NCBI GenBank assembly: GCA_965223545.1
Contig: OZ245006.1
Location: 3,232,001-3,296,000, forward strand
Reading direction: 5' to 3'
Length of the DNA stretch: 64,000 nt
Origin: Planctomycetota bacterium
GTDB lineage: Bacteria; Planctomycetota; UBA1135; UBA2386
Within the stretch, counting starts at the first letter, position 1; every line of letters starts with the position of its first letter. Shown piece after piece: positions 1 to 9,506 of this stretch. The translations under genes were made by a program, and so were the position numbers. The notes beneath the pieces are model-generated. The model was not told where the DNA came from. It saw only the letters and a program-made list of their open reading frames with translations, and did not search any database.

Positions 1-898
1 CCGGCGCGCGCACCTGCGGCCGCGCCTCGTCGGCGGCGAAGCGGGATTCGCTGCCCGGCACGGTGCGCACGACGCCCTCGCGATACGTCACCGTCGCCCC
101 CGACACCGGCACTCCCCGCGCGTCGACGACGACACCACGGACCTCGACCGACGGCGCTGCGGCCGCGGTCGACAGCAGCGGCGACCGCGGCCTGCCAGGC
201 GCCCGGACCGCGCTGCTGGGCGCGGTCGGCAGCGCGACCGTCGACGCGGGCGTCGCCGACGGGTCGCCGCTCTCCCGCGGCGCGAACGGCACCACCCAGA
301 GCGCGACGACGACCGAGCCCGCGGCGGCGAGCATGCCACGGCGGCCCATCCGTCCACCGGCGCGCCACCACGCAATCGGTGCCCACCGCGACCGCCGCGC
401 GCGCGGCTCGGCGCGCAGGCGCCCGCGCATCATGCGCAGTCCCCGGGCCAGATGAGAGTGGACGGTCCGCACCGGCCGCCGCTCGCGCCGCGCGATCTCG
501 CGCGGCGTCAACCCCTCGACGTAGCGCGCCCAGAGCGCGCCGCGATACGGCTCCTCGAGCTCGAGCAAGACCTCGCCGACCCGCGCCAAGAACGCTTGGC
601 GCGCCACCACATCCGCGGTCGGTTCGGAGTGGTCGGGAACCGCCGCGACCTTCTCGCGCTCGACCCGCCGGCGCTCGCCGCGCAATCGCAACCGCAAGCT
701 GTTGCGGGTGATCCCGACCAACCACGCGCGCAGCGAGCCGCCGTGCGGCGGCGGTCCGCGCAGCGCCGCCAACCAAACGTCCTGCTCGAGATCGTCGGCC
801 AGGTCGGGGTCGGCCACCCACCGGCGAACGAGCCGACGCAGCCACGCGCGCTGGGCGACCAGATCGCCCTCTTGGTCTGGGAGTTTCACCGAGTCCAC
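1..898 (-). CDS. ECF sigma-70 factor with C-terminal transmembrane segment and extracytoplasmic (carboxypeptidase-regulatory-like) extension; runs off the left window edge
   Basis: Manual translation (absent from the ORF track because there is no stop): WLRRLVRRWVADPDLADDLEQDVWLAAL (sigma2), LEEPYRGALWARYVEGLTPREIA...TVHSHLARG (sigma4), a hydrophobic stretch, then VRGVVVDARGVPVSGATV. GTG start at 898 or 889. Confidence 0.85.
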   Translation of the reverse strand, partial: MDSVKLPDQEGDLVAQRAWLRRLVRRWVADPDLADDLEQDVWLAALRGPPPHGGSLRAWLVGITRNSLRLRLRGERRRVEREKVAAVPDHSEPTADVVARQAFLARVGEVLLELEEPYRGALWARYVEGLTPREIARRERRPVRTVHSHLARGLRMMRGRLRAEPRARRSRWAPIAWWRAGGRMGRRGMLAAAGSVVVALWVVPFAPRESGDPSATPASTVALPTAPSSAVRAPGRPRSPLLSTAAAAPSVEVRGVVVDARGVPVSGATVTYREGVVRTVPGSESRFAADEARPQVRAP

Positions 899-985
899 TC
901 GAGTTGCCGCCGCATCGCGATCGACTGCAGCAAGTCTTCGAATTTCCTCGGTGCGCCGCAGATCCGGCGCGTGGCGGCCGGCTGG

Positions 986-2521
986 CTACGGCTGCACGGT
1001 GATCTTGATCGCGTTGGACAGCGAGAAGCCGTTGGAGGCCCCGGCGTCCAGGATGATGTACTGGGCGTAGAGGTCGATCGGGCCGCCGCCGCCCTTGACG
1101 TTGAACTGCAGCACGCCCTGCGGGTCGGTGGCGATCGGGATCTGTGCCACCGGCGGAACCGGGACGATGGTGCCGCCCTGGAACGGGAACGGGTTGGAGT
1201 TGAGGCCGACCCAGAGCGCTCCGGGCGCACTGGGCGCCGCCGAAGTGAGCCGCATCTCGGCGCTGTTGCCGGTGTTGAGCAGGCCGCACATGTCGAGGTT
1301 GGGGATCAACCCGTTGGCGCCCGCCTTGGCGTAGCCCAGGGAGACCGCGGGAGCAGGCGCCGCGGCGACGATCTTGAAGAGACGGCCGGCGCGCCCGGTG
1401 TAGTAGATCTCACCGCGTGCATCCTCGCCGAACGTGGTCAGGCGCAGCGCCGACGGCACGCTCAGCTCGGACGTGCGGTTTTGCCACGCAGTGGCCATGC
1501 CGCTCGCGAGCCGGAACGACATGATCGAGAAGGTCCCGCCGCAGTGATCGCCGTAGAAGTACGTGCCGCGCAGATCGGGAATCGCGCAGCCGCGATAGAC
1601 CGCGCCGCCAATCACGCTACAGAGGCTACCCGCGCCCAAGTAGTTGTACTCGAACACCGGCTGCACGAAGACGGAGCTGCAGTTGCCACAGAACATGGCT
1701 CCGTGGCAAAACGTGCCTTCGTACACCGGCCAACCGTAGTGGCGACCCGGCTTGCCCGGTTGCCAGACGTTGATCTCCTCGCGCGTGGTCCAGCCGACGT
1801 CGCCGATGTACAGGTCGCCCGTCGCGCTGTCGAACGACATGCGCCACGGGTTGCGCAACCCCATCAGGAAGATCTCGTCGCGCACACCCGGCGAACCGAC
1901 GAACGGGTTGGTGGGCGGCACTGCGTACGGCGAGCCACCGTCGACATCGATGCGGAGGATCTTGCCCAGGAACGAATTGCCGTTGGTGGCCACGCACAGC
2001 CCGAGCGACTCGCCGAAGGCGATGTAGAGGTAGCCGTCAGGTCCGAACTTGATGCAGCCGCCGTTGTGGTTCTGGTTGGGCTGCTGCTGGGTCAGGATCG
2101 TGAATCCGCTGGTCGGATCGGCGACGTCGGGATTGGTCGCCGACACCGAGTAGCGCTCGATGACGGTCCAGCCGTCCGGCTTGCGCGTGTAGTTGACGTA
2201 GAAGTAGCCGTTGTTGACGTAGTTGGGGTGGAAGGCCAAGCCCAGCAGGCCGCGCTCGACGAAGGCGAACTCGACCTTGTCGGTGCCGTTGGGGCCGATA
2301 TCGAGGAACGGAGTCGTCTGCAGGGTGCCATCCTTGACCAGGTGGATGGTCCCGGGCCGCCGCGTGACCCAGAGCCGACTCTCGTCTCCCGGTGCCGACG
2401 CGATGTCGGTGGCGTCGCCCAGGCCAGAGGCGATCTCGACCGAGGTCAGCGGCGTTTGCGCGACACACGGCGCGACGAGGAGCAGAAGCGCGGCGACGGA
2501 GAGACGATTGCGCGAGAACAT
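986..2521 (-). CDS. PQQ-dependent sugar dehydrogenase (glucose/sorbosone dehydrogenase family), secreted, with the shared C-terminal domain
   Basis: Motifs ERGLLGLAFHP, NHNGGCIKFGPDGYLY, GKILRIDVD, GLRNPWRMSFD; signal peptide ending CVA-Q. Confidence 0.9.
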   Translation of the reverse strand: MFSRNRLSVAALLLLVAPCVAQTPLTSVEIASGLGDATDIASAPGDESRLWVTRRPGTIHLVKDGTLQTTPFLDIGPNGTDKVEFAFVERGLLGLAFHPNYVNNGYFYVNYTRKPDGWTVIERYSVSATNPDVADPTSGFTILTQQQPNQNHNGGCIKFGPDGYLYIAFGESLGLCVATNGNSFLGKILRIDVDGGSPYAVPPTNPFVGSPGVRDEIFLMGLRNPWRMSFDSATGDLYIGDVGWTTREEINVWQPGKPGRHYGWPVYEGTFCHGAMFCGNCSSVFVQPVFEYNYLGAGSLCSVIGGAVYRGCAIPDLRGTYFYGDHCGGTFSIMSFRLASGMATAWQNRTSELSVPSALRLTTFGEDARGEIYYTGRAGRLFKIVAAAPAPAVSLGYAKAGANGLIPNLDMCGLLNTGNSAEMRLTSAAPSAPGALWVGLNSNPFPFQGGTIVPVPPVAQIPIATDPQGVLQFNVKGGGGPIDLYAQYIILDAGASNGFSLSNAIKITVQP

Positions 2522-2651
2522 GGAGTGTCCTGGGTGGTGTGGGGGGGTGGAGGTGCTCGTGGACGGAGTCCTGCGCCGGGACCCGAACTCCCCGGCGCTG
2601 CAGGCATTGGCGGCGCAGAGGAAATCCGACGCTAATCCAGCGTCCGAGCGC

Positions 2652-3860
2652 TCACAACTCCCCCGCGGCGCCCTGCCCATGGCCGCGCGGCCGGCGGGCG
2701 GCCAGCAGCATGTCCTGAAACGCGTTGCCACGGCGCCAGACGTCGCCGGCCAGAACCGACATTACTCCTCGGCGCAAATCCTCCGCCGTGGAACGTTCGA
2801 GGAACATGAGCTCCGCGAACCGCGAGTTGTAGAAGCGGTCGATCAGGTTGGCGAAGGTGCGAAAGGCGCGGTCCATCCCGGCTTGCGTCGTTTCCAGCAA
2901 AGCGGGATCGGCCTCGCCTCCGGCGGCGAGCGCGGGCCCGACCGCGTCGGCCAACGCCTCGGCCCCGCGCAGCGCCAGCGTGACGCCGGACGAGAACACC
3001 GGATCGAGAAAGCACGCCGCGTCGCCGATGGCGCCATACCTGGCCCCGATCGGCTGCCGGTTCTGGTAGCTGAAGTTGCCGACCACGCGGGTCTCCAGCC
3101 GCTCGGCCCCCGCCGTCAGCCGGCGCACCAACGGCCCACTCAGCAGCCCGGCGTCGAGCTCCTCGCGCGTCAACTTGCCTTTCGACACCATGCCGACGCT
3201 CAATCTGCGCTGCGGCAGCGGAATCACCCACCCCCAGCCTTCCTCGCGAAGCATGATGCGGATGTCGAAGTGGGGCGCGAGCTCGTCGTGGGCGGCATCC
3301 GACAGACCCGCGTAGTGGGTGAACACCGCCGAGGTGCCGAACCGGGTGTAGGGCTGCATCGCCGCGCGACGGCGCGCCATCAGCCGCGACTGTCCCGAGG
3401 CGTCGACCAAGAAGCGCGCGACCAGCCCCGCCGTGCGCGTCGCCACGCGGACCGTGTCGCCGATGTCGATGTCGACCACCGTTTCCCCGTGGCGCACGTC
3501 CGCACCCGCGGCCAGCGCGCGGTCGCGCAGCACGGTGTCGAACACCGAGCGCTCGACGTGCCAGGCGTGGTCCGGACAACCCGGCAGCGCGGCGGCGAAC
3601 GGAAATTGCTGGGATCGCTGGCTCGCTTCGCAGACGAACTCCGCACCGCGCTTGTGGACGAACGCACTCGGCGGAGTCTCGACCCCGAGCCGATCGAGCA
3701 CCGGCAGGCCGGCGGGCAGCAGCGACTCGCCGATGTGGAAGCGCGGAAACTGCTCCTTCTCGAGGACGACGACGCGGTGTCCCTGCTCGGCCAGCAGCGC
3801 TGCCGCCGTCGAGCCGGCCGGCCCCGCGCCGATGACGACCACGTCACAGCGCTCGGTCAC
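2652..3860 (-). CDS. FAD-dependent oxidoreductase of the flavin-dependent halogenase family
   Basis: DVVVIGAGPAGS, FPRFHIGESLLP, GWGWVIPL (WxWxIP), GDAACFLDPVFSSGV; GTG start overlaps the fabG stop (GTGA). Confidence 0.85.
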   Translation of the reverse strand: MTERCDVVVIGAGPAGSTAAALLAEQGHRVVVLEKEQFPRFHIGESLLPAGLPVLDRLGVETPPSAFVHKRGAEFVCEASQRSQQFPFAAALPGCPDHAWHVERSVFDTVLRDRALAAGADVRHGETVVDIDIGDTVRVATRTAGLVARFLVDASGQSRLMARRRAAMQPYTRFGTSAVFTHYAGLSDAAHDELAPHFDIRIMLREEGWGWVIPLPQRRLSVGMVSKGKLTREELDAGLLSGPLVRRLTAGAERLETRVVGNFSYQNRQPIGARYGAIGDAACFLDPVFSSGVTLALRGAEALADAVGPALAAGGEADPALLETTQAGMDRAFRTFANLIDRFYNSRFAELMFLERSTAEDLRRGVMSVLAGDVWRRGNAFQDMLLAARRPRGHGQGAAGEL

Positions 3861-4600
3861 CCGAAGCCCCCGTCGATGCCGATCACCTCGCCGGTGATGT
3901 AGGCGGCCTCGGCGGAGGCGAGGAACGCGACCAGCGCCGCCACTTCTTCCGGCTGGCCGACGCGCTGCATCGGGATCTGCTTGACGACGAAGTCCGGCAC
4001 ACCGGCGATCATCTCGGTCTCGATCAAGCCGGGCGCGACCGCATTCACCGTGATCCGGCGCTTGGCCAGCTCCAGCGCGAGGCTGCGGGTGGCGCCGATC
4101 ACGCCGGCCTTGGCGGCCGCGTAGTTGACCTGACCGCGATTGCCGCGCAGCGCCGAGATCGAGGACAGGTTGATGATGCGGCCCCACTTCTGCCGCACCA
4201 TCTGCATCACCAGCGGCCGGGTGACGTGGAAGAAGCCATCCAGCGACGTGCGCAGCACGGCGTGCCAGTCCTCGGCGGACATCATCGGGAACGCCGCGTC
4301 GCGGGTGACGCCGGCGTTGTGCACGATGACTCCGATGGGCCGCGGATCGGCCAGCAGGCCTTCGAGCGCGGCCGCGGTCGCCTCGGCGTCGGCCACGTCG
4401 AAGCCCGACGCCACGGCCTCACCCCCGCCCGCCTCGATCGCGGCCACGACTGCGGCTGCGGCGTCCGCATCGCTGCGGTAATTGACGATGACCGGGTGAC
4501 CGGCGTGCGCCAGGCGGCGCGCGATCGCCGCGCCGATACCGCGCCCCCCGCCGGTGATCAGCGCGCGCTGCGATCCCGGCGACTGTCGTTCAGCGGCCAA
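3857..4600 (-). CDS. fabG: 3-oxoacyl-ACP reductase (SDR family)
   Basis: TGGGRGIG, HNAGVTRD, NYAAAKAG (YxxxK), TVNAVAPGLIETEM. Confidence 0.9.
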   Translation of the reverse strand: MAAERQSPGSQRALITGGGRGIGAAIARRLAHAGHPVIVNYRSDADAAAAVVAAIEAGGGEAVASGFDVADAEATAAALEGLLADPRPIGVIVHNAGVTRDAAFPMMSAEDWHAVLRTSLDGFFHVTRPLVMQMVRQKWGRIINLSSISALRGNRGQVNYAAAKAGVIGATRSLALELAKRRITVNAVAPGLIETEMIAGVPDFVVKQIPMQRVGQPEEVAALVAFLASAEAAYITGEVIGIDGGFG

Positions 4601-5216
4601 TGTCGACCACGCGTCCGTCGTCGCCGAACCGGACGAAGAAGGTGGTGAACCGCGTGTTCCAGTACTTCCACTCGTCGGACTGCAGCGACATCGTGCCGAC
4701 CGCCGGCGGTGGGCCCATCGCGGCGAGCACCGCGGTGCGGTCCATGCCCGCGATGGCCCTGCCCTCCAGGATCGCGGCCTGCTCTTCGGCCGAGAACCGG
4801 CTCAGCTCGACGGGCTCGGTGGCGAACACCTTGGCGAACGCCGCCTGCATCGAGTCACTCGTGTGCCGCTCGATGTTCTCGATGGTGAGCTCGCGGTCGT
4901 GCTCGAGGATGCGCACGACCGCGCGGCGGCCACCCATCGACACCAGCTCGACTTCGGTGTTGATCGGCAGCAACAAACCGTTGGTCGTGCGGTAGTTGGT
5001 GGTGCGGTAGAGGTCGCGCTCGAAGCGGAGCGAGAACCGGGTGAAGTAGCGGGTGCCGACCGACGCGCCGGCCCCGGGCTCGCCCGCTTCCCGGGCGTGC
5101 GCGCCGGCCTGGCTGCACGCCACGCACCACAAGACGAGCGCGGCGAGAGCGATCGCCCACACCGAGCCCCGGGACGTTGCCGCACCCCGCAACGCCGAGC
5201 GACCGTCATCCAACAT
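4590..5216 (-). CDS. Putative lipoprotein with a BamE/SmpA-like C-terminus
   Basis: Hydrophobic stretch then VAC lipobox-like site; GMDRTAVLAAMGPP...WKYW...VRFGDDGRV; start uncertain. Confidence 0.6.
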   Translation of the reverse strand: MLDDGRSALRGAATSRGSVWAIALAALVLWCVACSQAGAHAREAGEPGAGASVGTRYFTRFSLRFERDLYRTTNYRTTNGLLLPINTEVELVSMGGRRAVVRILEHDRELTIENIERHTSDSMQAAFAKVFATEPVELSRFSAEEQAAILEGRAIAGMDRTAVLAAMGPPPAVGTMSLQSDEWKYWNTRFTTFFVRFGDDGRVVDIGR

Positions 5217-5334
5217 GGCGTCGACCGTAGCCGTGGCTCGACCGCGATCCAAGCAACGGAACCCGGGCAGAATCGGCGCGGGCTTTCTCGACCGATCGGG
5301 AACGGGGTGGGGCCACAGGCGTAGCGCTTGCCCG

Positions 5335-6663
5335 ATGCGCAACCTCCCTGCTCTCGCCATCGCCGCGCCGGTGCTCGCCATCGCCGCGGCGCACTCCACG
5401 CCAGCACTCGCCCAAGTGCGCCCCTACCACGCCATCGTGGCGACCGCGTTGCCGGGAGGCCCGGCGACGGCGCTGATCGAGCTCGACTTGGTCACCGGCC
5501 TGCAGACGCCGCTCGGCCGGTTCGCCGCCGACTCGGCTCGGCCGCGCGCGGTGGCGATCAGCGACGACGGCGCTCTGGTCGTGGTCGCCGTCGACGCCGC
5601 CGGCAACACCGACCTGGTCGAGTTGCAGCTGGCCGGCAGCCAGGTGATCGGCGAAACCCGGCTGGCCGTCGTGCCGGGTCGAGTCACCGACCTCATCCGC
5701 CTCGACAGCGGCGCGGTGATCGCCTCCACCGGGGGTCCGTCGGGCGCCCTGTTCCGGGTCGCCGCCGGCGGCGGAGCGGCGGTGTCGATCGCGTCGATGC
5801 CCCGCGCCACGGCCATGCAGCACGACGGGCTGCGCAGCTCTGCCCTCGTGCTGCAGTCCGGCGACGTCGGCCCGCCCGTGATCGAACCGAGCATGGTGCG
5901 CGTCGACCTGACCACCGGTCAGAGGATCGGCGGAGCCGTGGTCTTCGCGGGCTTTCGCCCGGTCGACCTGACCGGTGTCCACGCGATTCCGAGCGCCGTG
6001 GACCAGCAGCTGATCACGACCGCAGCCGGCACGGTCGGGCACACGATCTTCGGGGGCCCGCTGCAAGCCGTCGCCGCGCGCCCCGCCCTTCCGCCCGGGG
6101 CGACCACCGCGATCGCGGCGGGCGCGTTTGGCTGGGAGGCCATCGTGCTCGGCGACGCATCCCACCCCTTCGTGCAGCGCCTCGACCTGGACTTCGCCGG
6201 CGGCGGCCAGTGGGCCCCGCTCGCCGGGCCGATCGCGGGGGATCCCGTGGATCTGGCGATCGTACCGTTCGGTGCCGCGGCGGTGACCACGCAGGGCTCG
6301 TCCTGCGGCGGGCCGCGCGCGGGCGCCACGGGCGGCAGGCCATACCCCGGCAACGCCTCCTTTGCGATGACCCTGGCCGGCGCGCGCGCCGGCGCGGCCA
6401 CGCTGTTCGTGCTCGGCATCGACGATCAATCCATCGCCGGTGCGCCGCTGCCCCTCGCGCTGCCCGGCGGTTGCGCGCTGCGCGTCGCCCCGTTGCTGGC
6501 CATCCCGCACGTCACGTCGGCCACCGGCGACGCGGCGCAGGCGCTGCCGATCCCCAACCTCCTCGACTTGCGCGGGGGAGTCGTCTTCGGCCAGTGGCTG
6601 CAGGCGACGGCACCCGCGGGCTTCGCCACCAGTGACGCGATCGCCGCGCAGATCGGCGTCTGA
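5335..6663 (+). CDS. Secreted hypothetical protein (probable beta-propeller) with the shared C-terminal domain
   Basis: Signal peptide ending ALA-Q; C-terminus GSSCGG...FGQWLQ...SDAIAAQIGV. Confidence 0.75.
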   Translation: MRNLPALAIAAPVLAIAAAHSTPALAQVRPYHAIVATALPGGPATALIELDLVTGLQTPLGRFAADSARPRAVAISDDGALVVVAVDAAGNTDLVELQLAGSQVIGETRLAVVPGRVTDLIRLDSGAVIASTGGPSGALFRVAAGGGAAVSIASMPRATAMQHDGLRSSALVLQSGDVGPPVIEPSMVRVDLTTGQRIGGAVVFAGFRPVDLTGVHAIPSAVDQQLITTAAGTVGHTIFGGPLQAVAARPALPPGATTAIAAGAFGWEAIVLGDASHPFVQRLDLDFAGGGQWAPLAGPIAGDPVDLAIVPFGAAAVTTQGSSCGGPRAGATGGRPYPGNASFAMTLAGARAGAATLFVLGIDDQSIAGAPLPLALPGGCALRVAPLLAIPHVTSATGDAAQALPIPNLLDLRGGVVFGQWLQATAPAGFATSDAIAAQIGV

Positions 6664-6701
6664 CCGGCGCTCCCATTCCAACCGCCTCCAGCAAGAACCC
6701 G

Positions 6702-7727
6702 ATGTCGTCTGCTTACCCTCCCGCGACGCGCTTCGCCTTCCACGCAGCACTCTGGCTGGCCGGTGCCACCGCCCCCGCCCAGGGCCCCACCCTGACGACC
6801 GCCACCCCGACAGGAGTCTGGGCGACCGACGGCAGCACGACGGTCGTGCAGGCGATCCCGGCCAACCAGGCGATCGGGCAGCGCGCCGAGGCCGCCGCGG
6901 TGATCGGCCGCGAAGCGTGGGCCGCGCTCTCGGCCGAAGCGATCGGCCCGGACCTGTTCTCGATCACCGAGAACGCGGCAGTGCTGCGCGGACCGGCAGC
7001 ACCGGCCGCCGGTACGACCGCATCGAGCGGCGGACCCGGCTCGACGCCGGGACCACACGACTTCGTGCTCAAGGCTCCCTCGACCGCGGCCCAGCCACTG
7101 CAGCTGTCGCTCGCCCTGCGCGGCTCGGCGACCCCCGGCGCGCAGTTGCTGGTGGCGATCGACGTCGGCGTCGATGGCAGCTTCGAGTGGCAGCAGCTGG
7201 TGACCGGAACGGTGGAGTCCGCGGTCCTGCCGCTGACCGGCCCGGCGGGCACCGACGTGCTCGTGCAGCTGACGGGCAGTGTCAGCCTGCCGGCCGGCGC
7301 CACCGGGGCGCGCTACGCGGCGGTGCTCGACCTCGACGTCCAACCGCTCGGCGAGCAACCGTGCGGCATCACCCAGCTCGGCACCACGTGCGGCGCGATC
7401 CTGACCGGCGCAGACCAAGTCGGACCAGGCAGTACGCACCGCTTCGCGCTGACCATGAACAGCGCCCTGCCGTCGACACCCGTGGTCTGGGTGTTGGGCA
7501 ATGGAATGGTCAACCTGCCGCTGCCCAACAGCACCTGCCGCTTGCTGGTGGCGCCGCTGGTCGGAGTGCCAGGGAACACCGACGCCGCCGGCACGGCCCG
7601 GCTGGCAGCCTCCGCCACCGGCCCGTTGGGCGGCCGCGTTTGGATTCAGGCCGTTCCGGTCGTCGTGCCGGCGGTGGGTGCGCCGGTGCTGCACAGCAGC
7701 AACGCGCTGCTCATCGACTGCCATTGA
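6702..7727 (+). CDS. Secreted hypothetical protein with the shared C-terminal domain
   Basis: Signal peptide ending APA-Q; C-terminus GTTCG...WIQAV...SSNALLIDCH; its TGA stop is the first bases of the repeat element. Confidence 0.75.
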   Translation: MSSAYPPATRFAFHAALWLAGATAPAQGPTLTTATPTGVWATDGSTTVVQAIPANQAIGQRAEAAAVIGREAWAALSAEAIGPDLFSITENAAVLRGPAAPAAGTTASSGGPGSTPGPHDFVLKAPSTAAQPLQLSLALRGSATPGAQLLVAIDVGVDGSFEWQQLVTGTVESAVLPLTGPAGTDVLVQLTGSVSLPAGATGARYAAVLDLDVQPLGEQPCGITQLGTTCGAILTGADQVGPGSTHRFALTMNSALPSTPVVWVLGNGMVNLPLPNSTCRLLVAPLVGVPGNTDAAGTARLAASATGPLGGRVWIQAVPVVVPAVGAPVLHSSNALLIDCH

Positions 7728-7923
7728 GCCTCCGGCGCCTCGAATCGTCGAGCGTCGACAACATTCTCGAGGCGACGTCGCCGCCTTGGCAGCGACGCTG
7801 CCGCGCCGGAGGCTCGGAGAGACAGTGCCTTCTGGCTCAGCGCGGCGGCGGATGGGTCGGACCTTCCAAAGCGTTCCGGCAAGAGCGGCATCCGAGTTTG
7901 GTTGCGGCCGTGGCCGCGCTGAG
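7725..7923 (+). repeat. ~200 bp dispersed two-hairpin element (MITE/REP-like), copy 1
   Basis: Perfect 13-bp inverted repeat 7726-7738/7803-7815; perfect 11-bp inverted repeat 7836-7846/7913-7923; TGAG at both ends; homologous to 15414-15618 and 41111-41325. Confidence 0.85.
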
Positions 7924-7925
7924 GG

Positions 7926-9311
7926 TCACGATCCGGCGATCAGCAGCAGCCCATTCGACCACTCGAGCCCTCCAGCGCCATCGGTCACGACCGTCTGGGC
8001 CGTGATGACGAGGCCGCTGATCGCCGCCGTGGCCGGCACCGCATAGCCGAGCACCAGACCACCCCGCACGCCGGTGACGAAGGGCACCACGACGTCGGGG
8101 CTCGGGTACACCGTACAGGCCCCCGCGGCACGCAAGCTCGGCCGCCCGGTGCCCAACAGAAGTGCTCCCATCGATCCCGGTACCCCCCCGACCATGCGCA
8201 GCGTCGGGCGCGTGCCGAGCCGCGGCTCATCGCCGTCGAGCTGGGGTACGACCGGCCGGGCGCCGCAACCGACGCCGAGCGGCGCGACCGCGGCGGTGCC
8301 GGACAACGGATCGAGACGCACCATGCGGGGCATTCCCTGGCCGTCCAACGCGTGCACGAGGATCTGGCCCGCGTCGTTGATGTCCCTCGCGCTTCGCAGC
8401 GAGAGGCCGGTGCCCGCGGGAATCAGGGTGTTGAGGTCGCGCATGCCGCTCGCGACGCTCGCGACGAAGGCCTGCGACCCGACGATGACCCGCTCTCCGA
8501 CGACGATTCCACCCGCGTTGACCCCGTACACCCGACCGTTGTCGCCGACCCTGCCGAGGTCGTGCACCACCGTGCCGTCGTCGAAGAACGCGTGCTCCGT
8601 GTTGCCACTGGCGGTCTTCATCACGCCCGCGACCTGGCCGTGCCGGTTGATGGCCATGCCGTAGCTGAAGCCGAACGGCGCCGGCATGGTCAAGTAGGTG
8701 ACCACGCCCGCCGGCGACGCGCGAAACGCGCGCGCGCCCGCGTAGCCGGTGACTTCGCCGCGGTCGTTGATGTCGTAGGCGCGGCCGTTCGCGCTCGGCA
8801 CCAGCTCGGTGGGCACGCCGGCTGCATCCCAGACGACGGGCGAGAAGCGCAGCAGGAAGTCCGGGTAGAGCGTGCCCGCCACGATCCCGCGTTGGTTGAT
8901 CGCGTGCGGCCGGGCGGGACGCGGATCGAGCTGCCGAGCCCCACCCGCGGCGTCCCAGACGTAGGCGTAGCCACTGGCTTCCCCCGCGACGCGGCCCGAG
9001 TCGTTGACCGCGCGGCCGCTCGACCCGACGCGCCCCACCAGCCCACCGGCAGGAACCGCCGCCCCGCCCGCGGGCTCGTAGAAGGCACCGAGGGCTCCGC
9101 TGGCGAGCACGCACGCGCCGGTCACGTCGCCCAACTGGGACAGACCGGCGCCGGCGCACCGCGAGCCTCCCGCGAGCCCGGACGGATAGGAGACGCGGTA
9201 AGCGGGCTGCCCGGCCAGGGCAGCCGTCAGCGTGAAGATCAGCAGGGCGGCGCTCGAGCAAATGCCGCGGCGGTCCGGGCATCCCGACGGTGGGTTCGTG
9301 TTGGCGTTCAT
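7926..9311 (-). CDS. Secreted HAF-repeat (extracellular repeat) protein with the shared C-terminal domain
   Basis: Repeats AVNDSGRVAG, AINQRGIVAG, DINDRGEVTG, AINRHGQVAG...EHAF, DINDAGQI; C-terminus AQTVVTD...SNGLLLIAGS. Confidence 0.8.
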   Translation of the reverse strand: MNANTNPPSGCPDRRGICSSAALLIFTLTAALAGQPAYRVSYPSGLAGGSRCAGAGLSQLGDVTGACVLASGALGAFYEPAGGAAVPAGGLVGRVGSSGRAVNDSGRVAGEASGYAYVWDAAGGARQLDPRPARPHAINQRGIVAGTLYPDFLLRFSPVVWDAAGVPTELVPSANGRAYDINDRGEVTGYAGARAFRASPAGVVTYLTMPAPFGFSYGMAINRHGQVAGVMKTASGNTEHAFFDDGTVVHDLGRVGDNGRVYGVNAGGIVVGERVIVGSQAFVASVASGMRDLNTLIPAGTGLSLRSARDINDAGQILVHALDGQGMPRMVRLDPLSGTAAVAPLGVGCGARPVVPQLDGDEPRLGTRPTLRMVGGVPGSMGALLLGTGRPSLRAAGACTVYPSPDVVVPFVTGVRGGLVLGYAVPATAAISGLVITAQTVVTDGAGGLEWSNGLLLIAGS

Positions 9312-9437
9312 CGTGTTCACTAGTTGCACAGAGCAAGTTCTTAGTTGCGCCTTACAACTACTGTGCCGGCGCCGGATCGGCCACCCGTGTCCGCGGACAG
9401 CACATCCGGCCGCCCGGGGAGGTTTTCCCACATCTCA

Positions 9438-9488
9438 ACTACCGGGGTAGTCAAGGCCGATAGAGTCGCTACAACTACCGCGGTAGTT
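9438..9488. promoter_or_regulatory. Two BlaI/MecI/CopY-type operator palindromes
   Basis: ACTACC-GG-GGTAGT at 9438-9451 and perfect AACTACCGCGGTAGTT at 9473-9488, just upstream of the BlaI-family gene. Confidence 0.75.
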
Positions 9489-9506
9489 CGAACACTAGAA
9501 GTCGCC

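Noticed and set aside
452..2635. Long plus-strand ORF (727 aa) and similar long ORFs such as 29103-31817, 34156-36441 and 41517-44474
   Set aside because: Antisense shadows of genes with clear motifs on the other strand; expected at this GC content.
7725..7923. tRNA, riboswitch or IS110 bridge-RNA identity for the two-hairpin element
   Set aside because: No cloverleaf or T-loop, no recognisable aptamer, and no recombinase in the window; the resemblance in size and hairpin count alone is insufficient.
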